Shown: one piece after another, positions 53,731-64,000 of the stretch
Position numbering within the stretch: position 1 is the first letter of the stretch
Layout: the number at the start of each line of letters is the position of its first letter
Assembly (NCBI GenBank): GCA_030141605.1
Contig: JAQGDQ010000005.1
Coordinates: 1,054,180 to 1,118,179, forward strand
Length of the DNA stretch: 64,000 nt
Source of the DNA: Tubiluchus corallicola
Lineage: Eukaryota > Animalia > Priapulida
Reading direction: 5' to 3'
Notes under the pieces: model-generated
The model's input: the letters and a program-made list of their open reading frames with translations, nothing else
Told to the model about the DNA's origin: nothing
Databases searched by the model: none
Program-made: the position numbers and the translations under genes

Positions 53731-54790
53731 CGCATTGTGTTTTACATTGTGCTGGGTTACTAAGCTATGCAGGCTCTTGTTTTAATTATACTGGTCCAGG
53801 AGTGAATGGCAAGCCTCCCTTGCTGTTGTTATTAGTTCAGCGTAAAGGCTTCTCCAATGCAGCAACTGCAAATAGGAACTCATAAAAATATAAAACAAGC
53901 GTTTCAAATGTTTAAAACGCTTCTTTCATTATTTGACTCGAAGTTAGAAATAAATACATATAGTCGGAATAATAAAATCATGCATTCCCGGAAAACGGTT
54001 ACATGTGTTTCTTTATTGGCGTCTTATGCAGTGGTTTATAGAATTTACTAAAGCATTATAAATATTTATTAAACGACTTGAATGAATTTGGCCTTTTGCC
54101 AAGAACAATCAACATTTGAACACGTAATATTTTACAGCCATAAAGGAAGTTTTAGTGAACTCACTTAAGAGACCTACATGCAGGAAATTGTACATTGGCT
54201 TCTATTATAGTCTTTATGTGATTACGGGACGTAGAAAACAAGAGGTGTTAACAACTCAATCTTCTTTCTAATCCGTTGGCTCTGCTCTTACTAATCGACT
54301 GCTCTGACAAATGTTTGATGATAAATCGACATTAAAATAATTAGACTTTACCAACTGCATTTCGCCAGCTGCATTCCACTTTCTGACAAACCATTTTTTG
54401 CAACCATTTATGAAAACCAATACCATTTATAATCCTCACACGTTTGCCAAGTTATTTCACGCGTGTGTTAAATTGTTACAGCTTAAATGACTTATTATGC
54501 TAAACAAAATTTTACTGAAAGAAGTTTCCTGCAACCCAGTTATTACACAAAGTGTTTACTGTTTTAGACTGTTCGTCGTTGCTCGGCCCTTTATTTAAAA
54601 TTGTTTAAACCATTACCCGTTAGGAGGCAAAATATAACGAAGATGGCATTATTGTGTGTAAATTTGTCTTGTGACAGACTCACAGTAGCATCTGGTAACG
54701 GCAAGAGACAGTTATGTGAGTATATTGACACTCTGATGTTATTTTGATAAAATGTAATACTGATGTTTTTGTCCTGACTTACATTTTTAG

Positions 54791-54992
54791 AGTATCTATC
54801 CGGAATGGTTTAAAGGCTATGACTTGTCTAAGATCATGGACTCTTGCAAGAAGGCCGAGTTGACGAAATCAGATGGTGGGACGACTGTACCGTCATCAAA
54901 GGAGGCTTCGTCTACTTGTTTGAAGGAAATACCTGCAGAAGCAAATGGAGAAGATACCAGTATAGGAAAGACCCTAGGAAAAAACAAAGAAA
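54791..54992 (+). CDS. MRTF: MRTF exon (SIYPEWFKG...GKNKE)
   Basis: ttttag acceptor, gtaaat donor; KNKE leads into RPEL1; in-frame ATG at 54836 is a possible start. Confidence 0.82.
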
Positions 54993-57900
54993 GTAAATTG
55001 CAGTTAATTGCTTATTATGAAATCTGATTTGCATGGTGACAGTTGGTTTTTAATGGAAGCCAGAAGCGGTCGTGCGATTTTACTTTTTATTGAAAAACTG
55101 GGCTGAGTATATACTCTGTTAATCATATGCCTTTATTCTCCCAAAGATGATGTGAAAAGTTTGGCATTAAAAATGCATCTTTTTAAAGTGCTTAGATTCT
55201 TAAGCTTATTTTGATAGCAGTCATTACATGACATTGTATCAGATAAACCAAGTTCAGTCTTTGATCGACCAGTTAAGTTGTCTAAGCGTTGTTCAGAAAA
55301 CAAACATTAACCTTTTTCTTCTACGTTTTCACTAACCTTTGGCATGCTGTCTTTGTTAGGCAGTGTGTTCGTTGTTTCTGCTTATTCTTGGTAGGTGGCA
55401 TAAAGATAAGTCATCGTGTTTTTCAGTAAAAAAATGTTATTTCAGCTCTGAAAGTTAAGCTGATGTTGCGGAGACCTATCAACGAACTTATTGACCAAGG
55501 CATTATGCCAAGTAAGTACATTTAGACTCCATATTTGTTGGTTCTTATGCATGGTTGTCATCGTCAAAAAACACTCTTTGTGATAGCAATGAGAGATGCT
55601 GATGATGAAATATGAGTGTCATTTGAGTTATAGAATTCTAGCGGATCTTGATTTTCATCAAAGTTTATTCTAGTTTAATAATACACTTGTCAGGCGGACT
55701 AACACAAACTGTCAAGGTATAAGCTTGTAGATTCATTCACTGTGTTTGGCACAATATGGTCAATATAATGAATACACGTACAGTTATTTTCTCTAAAAGA
55801 ATAGCCGGCACAGTTTTTTTATCATGTGTGTACCTGGCTACTGTAGTTAAGTAAGCAGTGCCAAACTTACTAGTTAGCTGGATGGTGACTACCAGAAAAA
55901 CTGCTTCTTGAATAGCATTATAACTCCGAATATATTTAGTGAATGGTGTTTTTAAGACGCATATTGGATGGTTGTCTTTCAGTGTCTCATCTTAGATTAT
56001 TGGCCTTGAAACAGGAGCTAGGTGACAGTAACCCCAAAATCATGAACACAATATGTAGGCCCTACCATTTAGTGCTGGATTCTGACAAGCAGTGTACCCA
56101 GTAGAAATATATTAGTAAAGAACATTTACTTTTGCCCCTTGGTAGATATTTTTTCTATTTTTTAGTGTTATATGTTAGTGTTTTGTTTGTGATGTAATAA
56201 ACTGTCTTGCAGAAATACAAAATTAAATGTAATGTAATGTAATGTTTTACTTTTTAAAATTTGATTAATACAGTTCCCACGATACAATTTTTTATGAAAA
56301 TTTTCAGCCTTTAAAGTACCATCTGGATTCCAAGAGCAGAAAAAAATGCTAGAGAGGTCCAAAGTAAGTATGACAATCTATGAAAACTAGCAAAGTATGT
56401 CTAGTCCTCAATGTAATAACTGCTAAGACATCAAAATACTGACCATCAGTATAATTTAGGGTTACCTAGCTGTATTTTATTTGCTAAACTTTTAGAAAGC
56501 AGAGTACAACAAAACAACAGACAATGATTTTGTGGTTTTTAACAATGGCATCTTTTCAGTGCTTTACTGCAGTGTTATTACGAATCAATATTATAAATCA
56601 TTGGTCAAAAAATATTTGTTATCTCTTATTTTCTTATATAACATTATATGAATTGTATGTTAAATGACTTTACATACATTTGCGCAGTAGTAATTCTTTG
56701 ACTAGTGTCACAAATATGTTGTTTTTGCTGATTGGTCTGACTGGTATAGTCAGCTTAGTTTCAACTGGCCTAATTTTGCATGAGTTAAAATATGTGGCTT
56801 CTTCCTGTAGGATTGGCTAACGTAAGTGTGCCTTCAATTTGCTTAATTTAGTGTCCACGCATTTTGCTAAGCGGTTTTGTTACATTCCACTGCTTGCAAT
56901 GGATATTCTTGCCGGCAATCGTGCAACGTGCTACTAACCTGGCCATTAGTGAAGAAAATACATCTGTGATCTCTCATCATGGTTGTTGAATCTTGCAGCA
57001 ACCTTCTAGTGAAACCAGTATACTTGCAGCAATATTGGAATTCATACTCATTATTGAAGGCCGGATTTTATGGTAGGAAATTCATGGCCATTGTTCAAGG
57101 CCAGGTTTTCTACCTGTCTACACAGTTGAAGTCGGAATCTGGACTTGCTCTGGGCCCAACACACTGCAATGACAGAGTCTTCTATTTACACTGCACAGAG
57201 ACCAAGCTCATACCCAATGTAAATGCTGGACTAGATTGGACCCCTTTAATGGACTGCATTGTTTAGTCCTAAGAAAAAGCTTCAAGGATAATGTTACTGA
57301 GTACCTCCTATCATTAGAAAATTACTTATAAGGTTCTGTTTCTTGGAGTTAAATTGATGTTCCCACTTTCTATCTATTGCCTTCTTCCTTGAGTGGCTAC
57401 TGGTTTTTTAGGGAGTGATCTGTAGGTATATTGTATCTTCCATTTATAGTGTAATTTACTTAACATTAAGCAATTGATGGCAAGGATATGGCATGTAATA
57501 ATTCTGTCTACCTAAAATTGCTTATCTTTTACATATTGACAAAATTTCATGAGGCTTCTCACATGCCAAGTTATAAGGTACAAATTGCAGTGTCATATAA
57601 GGGATGGCTGCATACCAGACACAAACTAAAATTAAAAATGCTTTGATGAATTTTGGGAAAATATTTTGATTTCAGTGCATCACTGTGCAGGATTAGAGCA
57701 ATGTTAGTGCATGAACAGACGTGTTTTGATTGGTGAGAGGGTCGTGTTTAAGTTGCGAATAGCTTCGTCTGCAAATAGACAGGCAAAACCTGCAAAGGAG
57801 TTCATGCTTTGGAATGTTAGCTTTTATCAGCTATATCGGTTTTTAGCCCCTCATTTCTTTAGATTTTGGAAGAAAGTAAATCAATGTTTGCAAATCTAGT

Positions 57901-60900
57901 AAGGCGGATTCAACCATTCATTGCTAAAGTCATGTTTGTACTAGCTAAGCATTATACGGCACTTCAAATTTGTGTCATTGAGGAACTCATTCAAGCCTCT
58001 TAGTTTGAAACAAAAGCAAGTGATAAAAAATTAATTGAAATAGTACAAAGTGCTTCAAATGCTTCATCACAAACCTGAAAGACAAACTCAGTATATAAAA
58101 TAAAAAACACTTACAACATAACTGTCTTTTAGAAATGAAACATATCAGCTAACCATATGTTTCTCAGAGGGGACACTGCTATGAAAACAGGAGTCCATGC
58201 ACTCAGTCGAGAATGTACCATGTTAAGTACTGTGATTTGAGTTACTAAGTACTGAGTATGATTTGACTTGAGTATTAAGTGTTGTGAGTTACACGCTAGT
58301 TACGTGTAAGACATATGACAAGCCCGCTAGTTACGTGTAAGACATATGACAAGCTGGTACTACAAGATGACTATATCAATTTTCTTAAGATAATTCAGTG
58401 GCTCATAATGTGTTGCGTCATTTACTAGTTGTATCGAAAAAATACTGTGGCATTGGCAGGGGTATCACAGTTTTGTGATGAAAGCTCTATGCTGCATTAC
58501 CTCGACTAAACATGAACAAACATACAGTATAAGATTTACACAGTGTACATGATTACATGTATTCAGAATTCTTTCTTTGTATTGCCAAACTGATCCACCA
58601 TTATTTTTGATCTATTAATTATTTGTAATTGTATGATGAAACCTCTGACATTATTTTGGCAAAAGTTTTTGCAACAGTCAAGATGGCCTTTAAAATATCT
58701 TCTTTGTAATTAGCTTTTAACGTGAAAATGCGGCTCTTACTCATAATTTTTCACTTAATTTTTTTTGTATGTGATATGTTTTTTCAGATCAAAAACGTAT
58801 GCATTAATATTGACTTGTGCACCATCTCGTAAAAGCTATCTGCCTGACCTCTTGTACTTTTAGGGCAGGGTGTAACAGCTGCAAATTTTTCAAAATATTT
58901 TTAGATGGTTCGATTGCTCATGCTGTCAAATAAATATTTATGCTGTACAGGCTTGTGCAGCAAATTTTTGTCAACATAGTTGATCCATTAATGCATCTTG
59001 TATGCGTTGCTCAATTTATTTTACAAATTGGATTGTCTGAAGTAAGCTGTTTGCAGCTTCTCACTTAAAAACAAAAAAATTGTTATTGTTATTAGCTCAG
59101 TTATTTGAATGAAGAAAGAATTTAAAAACGTGTTAGACAAGATATTTTATGTTTTGACAGTCTCTAATGCACATGCTAATGATATATGTGTTATGCATAA
59201 ATTAGCACACAGATCAGAGAGCATCATAATCATAGTGATGATATTTCCTGATTAGTGCAAGTTTTGCTAAGCTATTCCATGTTGCTGTATATTGAAATCA
59301 TTAAAAGAGTGCCCAGGCTTGTATGCAATCCCGAGTTTGTAAAAATGCGTGTTCGTTTTAGTAAGTTGCCACCATTGTACTCATTGTATTAACTTTCTGT
59401 GCTTTTTGTTTGGCCAAAGCTGTTACCTTTGACTTCCAAGCAGCAGTGTGCTTCAGGTGAACACTTGGTTTGTCTCTTTGAGGTTATGACCTGCATGAGT
59501 GTTCTGGGTTCTATATTAGTTACAAAGTACTTGTCACAGTACAGTGTTATTATAAAACGTTATTTCTTTTTATAAACTTTGTGCATTCAAGTGATTTCAA
59601 GTCAAATGCTAATTATTTTAATTTTTTAGGATTGTGAAGCTTTGAAACACAAGTTGCAACATCGGGATGTTAAACCAGAAGTCTGCAATCAACACTTAAC
59701 AGAAGGTACTCACATCTTTTCAGTTATGGTCAATTAATTCATTTAACTATTGTGTATTAACAACATTGGTGATTGTTTTAGCATCTTATACTCGGACTTT
59801 AAAGCAACTTAATCTTCATAATCCTTCGACATTATATGTAATTGTGTGAGGTGGACTTGTGAACTGCATTTTACAAAGCACAAAGCCCAAACAGCTAAAA
59901 CAATGCATTTTTTGCATTTGTTACTTTTGCAAAAATGTGTATTAAAGTAGAAAAATATACAGTTAATTTATTTGTTTTAACTGATTGTTTTCAATGATTT
60001 TAAAGTTTTCAAGAACTACAAGAATTTTCTTACAGGAGGTGAACTTCGTAAAATTTTAGAATTGTGTACGCATATTTAAGTTTTAAAGGCAATGGATGAT
60101 TGATAGCCAAAAATCTTTTGATCAGTCAGTCATACATGCTTTAGATGTTGTAACCATAACCATCGTATTCATAACCCTTAGAGTCTAATCTCTAATTTAT
60201 CCGTTTATCTGTATGGCAGTTATGGTTATTGCAGATTCTGATCCTGACCTTCAAGACATGGAAAGGCAGCTAAAACGTGCCAAACTAGCTGATCCTGTTA
60301 AGGATAATATAATCCATAAAACCATTGATGTATCAAAGGGACATCTCCAAGCCGATAAAGATCTAGTAGATGCCATAAATGGTATAAATTAACTGATAAT
60401 AAAACAGTAGTGTGAATGTTGCAGTAGACTGCTGAAAAGGGAATAGCTGGGTTGTCTTAGTGTGTAAATGTTCACTGTCAAAGTTGAGCAACAGCAGGCT
60501 TAGTTATTAAATGGAGAGTGATTGCCTCTGAGACTAAGCGGTATTGATTCCTTCAGGTACTAAGATCACTGAGCGAGGAAGTATACAACTCCTCAGGTGG
60601 TCAAGACAGATGTTTTAAGATGGTATGATTTGATCAGTGTGTCTCATCTTAGAGTATCTTACTGTTCCATTTCTGCCACAACCATCTGCATTAAACTGGT
60701 TCTGCACTGAGTGCTGGGTTCTGATTTGCAATATGCCTTATTGTATGAAAACATTGTAATATACTTACCAAATCATTTTTCATGTCGGTAAGTTTTAGTG
60801 CTAGTTGTATTAATTTATTAACTTCTAACTCAGCTAAGCAGTTGACCTTCAGTTTTTTCTCATATTCTTGGTAATTTTGTGCATTTTCCTAGTTTGTTTT

Positions 60901-63019
60901 AGTACCTGTTTTTAATTGCTATCATATTATAATGATGGTTGTACCCTTTCTAGGTGGCATGCTAACATTTAGCAGAGAAACGAGTATAACTTCTGCTGAT
61001 GGCTTACATGTCAAAGTTGAAGTTGCTGACGATCCGTGTAACAACAGCGTAGAAAGCACTAGCTGCCCCTCTCTGGTGCGGCCAGATACGTCAGGTGCTG
61101 TCGCTGGCTTTAAGAGAGTAAATGTTTTTCCTCAACAAGTGTTGAACAATGTGGACCAAAGTATGGTTGTCAATGGTGACATTACTAGCCTTGCTAAAGC
61201 TACTCTTCCAAGTATGTGAACTGCAAAGTATTCTTTCTGGTGATTTTGTGATTATGATGTTAATTATGTGATTATGATAACACATCATAATTATAAAATC
61301 ATCAGAAAGAATACTTAATTCAGAAAGAATATTAATTGTCCAAAAAATGTAATTGATATTCGAAAGACTTTTTTTAATATTATGACGAAAGTGCTGTTTA
61401 TTTTGTTGTTTGAAGGTTCTCTGCAAATAACGACAGTTTCGACAACATCAAGTTTCCTGTCAGCTCAAGCACGTGCTACATATTCTGGTAACAGTCAAAA
61501 TAATCGATTGTGTAAGAAAAAAACTTCACTGTCATCGCCAACGCAAAAGCAGTCATCACAGTTAAAGAGTCAGTCATCCAAAGCTAAGGTTTTTATTTTT
61601 CTTATTTTTTATTTTAGATGATGTTCCATGTTAGTTTTGGTTTGCCTGAAACAGTAGGTTACTTTAGCACAGCAAACATAATTACCTGTCAAGTGTATTT
61701 TCATCATTATGCCCACCTACATAAAAATATTATGGTCAAAGAAATTATACAGGTAGCTCATATGAACTATTTAAACTATTGCAATTAAGCCGTTTATGTA
61801 GTTAGTTGATGTTTAACTTTTGTCATTTTTTTGTTTATAACAAAATAGTGAATTGCATCTTAATAAAGTAGTTCAATAAACATCATTATTTTTCGCAGAC
61901 TACAACGACAAGCAGCCAGCCAACTTTTCAGTCATTTCAATTTCACGAATACAAAGGACCTCCAAGCAGCCAGAAAAATAGCAGTGGTTCCAACAGCCAG
62001 TCGTCTACGACGACGACAACAGTATCGCCACTCGGCCTGAGTACTTCGTCAACTGAATCATCTGCTTATGAACTTCTTCTCCAACAGCAGCAGTTGTTTC
62101 TTCAATGGCAGCTGGAGTGGCAGAATAAGTATCCACAAGTTGTTGTACCTCAGGCTGTGAAACCTGTACATGTAGAGAAATCTGCTATAGGTGATGATAA
62201 TGCAGGTAATAAAATTAGAGATAAATTGGAACAATTTAACATCTTATTACAAACCTGTTAAGTTCAATTATGTTACAGTAATTTCCAAAATGAAGTTTTT
62301 TCTTTTTGTAGTTTATGGTTTGTTCTGATTAATTTTACAGGCTTATATTAAATTCTTAAGTTTCTTTCTTTCATATCTTTAATGTCTTATTCCTTGCTTG
62401 TTTCGAACATGCTATTATTGTGGTAATTCAAAAAGTATGAGCTTTGTTTATTGAAGTAGGCACAAATTGACCGGGTTTAATTTATTGAACTGGAAGTACT
62501 TTGTATTGAACTGACTGATTAAAATTGCTCACTGAAACATTTTTACATATTCAATGTGTTAGCTGTCAAGCCTGTCATCATTTTAAAATATGTGAAAATG
62601 TATTTTAACACCTTTTCTAAATATAATTGAAAAACCAAAAAATAATTTTTTTTGCATTGACTTGGTTTCTAAATAAACGTGATCTTAATTGCCCTTAAAT
62701 TTATAATAAGGAACTGTGTCTGCTGCTGATTACTATTTAGAACAGTAGATTTTCGAATACATTGTGTTTAATTAATGCCCCTTTAAGCACCTAACGAAGT
62801 AATTTATGAAGATTTTTCTTGCAGCAACTCCGAGCTTTGTAACATCAACAACTAACACACAACACGAGAACATGATACCATTGAATACAACCACGCCTAC
62901 AACTAGTCCCACTGAGAAAGAAATGAGCCCACCAAGGTGTTTGACCGGGATGAAACTAGATGACCTTCGAGTGTCTGACTTGCGTGCTGAGTTGAAGAAA
63001 CGTAGCCTTCCGGTGTCGG
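54791..63019 (+). CDS. MRTF: Myocardin-related transcription factor (RPEL, B1, Q and SAP regions); 5' end uncertain, 3' end beyond the window
   Basis: Phase-consistent exons: 54791-54992, 55446-55511, 56308-56363, 59630-59705, 60235-60381, 60954-61211, 61416-61588, 61899-62205, 62825-63019. Motifs KNKETLKVKLMLRRPINELIDQGIMP, QLKRAKLAD, FHEYKGPP, YELLLQQQQLFLQWQLE and SAP LDDLRVSDLRAELKKRSLPVSG. Confidence 0.93.
55446..55511 (+). CDS. MRTF: MRTF exon, RPEL1
   Basis: LKVKLMLRRPINELIDQGIMP; tttcag acceptor and gtaagt donor. Confidence 0.94.
56308..56363 (+). CDS. MRTF: MRTF exon, RPEL1-2 spacer
   Basis: FKVPSGFQEQKKMLERSK resembles LKSPAAFHEQRRSLERAR. Confidence 0.92.
58293..58354. repeat. 31-bp tandem duplication
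   Basis: cgctagttacgtgtaagacatatgacaagc occurs twice. Confidence 0.92.
59630..59705 (+). CDS. MRTF: MRTF exon, degenerate RPEL2
   Basis: DCEALKHKLQHRDVKPEVCNQHLTE resembles EDYLKRKIRSRPERSELVRMHILE. Confidence 0.85.
60235..60381 (+). CDS. MRTF: MRTF exon, B2 and degenerate RPEL3
   Basis: SDPDLQDMERQLKRAKLADPVKDNIIHKTIDVSKGHLQADKDLVDAIN. Confidence 0.88.
60954..61211 (+). CDS. MRTF: MRTF exon, linker
   Basis: Open frame, phase 1 at both ends; ttctag acceptor and gtatgt donor. Confidence 0.8.
61416..61588 (+). CDS. MRTF: MRTF exon, Ser/Gln/Lys-rich linker
   Basis: Open frame, phase 1 to phase 0, joining the B1 exon; donor is weak. Confidence 0.75.
61899..62205 (+). CDS. MRTF: MRTF exon, B1 and Q regions
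   Basis: FQFHEYKGPP...AYELLLQQQQLFLQWQLEWQNKYPQ. Confidence 0.94.
62825..63019 (+). CDS. MRTF: MRTF exon, start of SAP domain
   Basis: LDDLRVSDLRAELKKRSLPVSG followed by gtgag donor. Confidence 0.94.
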
Positions 63020-63137
63020 GTGAGAAGAAGTTGTCAAGCATTTTACATAATGGCTTTAATTCAAATGTGGCATGTTTCTAGTGCCAATACGCGTGTCATG
63101 ACGTTGTGGGAATTTAAGTTTTGCATATGCACATATA

Positions 63138-63861
63138 CAGTCAACCTCGGATGAGGGACACCTCTGGACTGGACAAAATTGTCCCTTATGTCCGATGTCC
63201 CTTATAGCCGAAGTTGAGTCATCAGACCGAGGGTGTATTTAGACCTGCAAGATCTATATACCTCATCTGGTAGCCTAATGCCCAATGAACTGTTTGTTGC
63301 AATATATGTAATATACCGATTTAATGCAAACACATCCAATCGTCTTGAACTGAACACAAATCGATGTTTATTCAAACTTATCCCGATTACACGCCATTTT
63401 ACTACTGGTAGTTATGCTAATTATGTAGCATAATGTAGTAACTACAATGTACTATTACTACAATGCAATAAACCCGCCATCGTCACTTGCTGTGATGGAC
63501 CCATGGTAGTAAGTCGCACCTTGTGCTCTGACCTATTTCTTTCATCCATCATGACTATCCACCGGTATTACCCTTGCCGGTAGCCCGTATAGTCCAAGGG
63601 AATACAGTCGGGCCCGCTCGGGATTTCGGCATAGGCTTTTTAGGATGTAAAAAATATTTGATCATAGTGTCCCTTATATGCGAGGTAATTTACCTGGGTT
63701 TCTATTACGTGGGACCTGAAGATATCATCCCTCATATCTGAGTACCTTATATACGAAGATTTTTATAAGGAGAAACATTACGAACAATCGGTACCGGTGT
63801 TAGTGGTCCCCTATAAACGAATGTCCCTAATAAGCGAGTACCTTATACCCGAGGTTGACTG
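63138..63861. mobile_element. Tc1/mariner-pogo (Tigger-like) MITE, 724 bp, in an MRTF intron
   Basis: Perfect 13-bp TIRs CAGTCAACCTCGG and CCGAGGTTGACTG; TA on both sides; internal gtcccttat repeats. Confidence 0.9.
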
Positions 63862-64000
63862 TATGTTTTTCCCAGTATTTAGAGTCTTAAGCACAGAATG
63901 GAAATCTATTTTTTTGTATCTTGCAACTTTCAAGAAACAACATCCTTCAATCTTTAAAGTTTGGAACCTAAAATGTGAAGTTTCTCATATGCAGAGCAAA

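Noticed and set aside
56763-56784. AACTGGCCTA matches the 5' end of miR-193-3p (a similar ACTGGCC occurs near 45796)
   Set aside because: The 3' half lacks the conserved AAGTCCC, and pairing with the flanks is poor.
62774-62795. TAATGCCCCT matches the 5' end of miR-365 (the human miR-193b/365a cluster lies near MRTFB)
   Set aside because: No complementary arm nearby, so no pre-miRNA hairpin; the site lies in the intron branch-point region.

Overview
AT-rich, intron-rich animal genomic DNA. The MRTF motifs FHEYKGPP and YELLLQQQQLFLQWQLE point to a protostome invertebrate (inference). Three protein-coding genes can be reconstructed by hand. (1) PDXDC1 on the minus strand: 13 exons from ATG 9977 down to 1244, with the C-terminal half beyond the left edge; one intron has a U12-type GTATCCTTT donor. 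(2) A bacterial-type neutral sphingomyelinase (EEP fold) on the minus strand, with its catalytic domain in one 1.15-kb exon (14747-15891) and probable signal-peptide exons near 19.0-19.3 kb. (3) A myocardin/MRTF-family SRF coactivator on the plus strand: 9 exons at 54791-63019, continuing off the right edge, with tentative 5' exons near 25-27 kb. The MRTF is unusual: only RPEL1 looks intact, RPEL2 and RPEL3 are degenerate, the B1 box has lost its basic residues, and the RPEL1-RPEL2 intron holds three candidate microexons (11+13+9 nt) that together keep frame. The rest is transposon debris (hAT and pogo-type MITEs with TSDs, a PPT plus LTR, RTE/RTEX LINE fragments, Academ-like transposase relics, a possible Helentron-type element), microsatellites and short duplications. 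No prokaryotic systems, CRISPR arrays, rRNA or intact tRNA were seen. All homology calls come from recalled motifs, not database searches.
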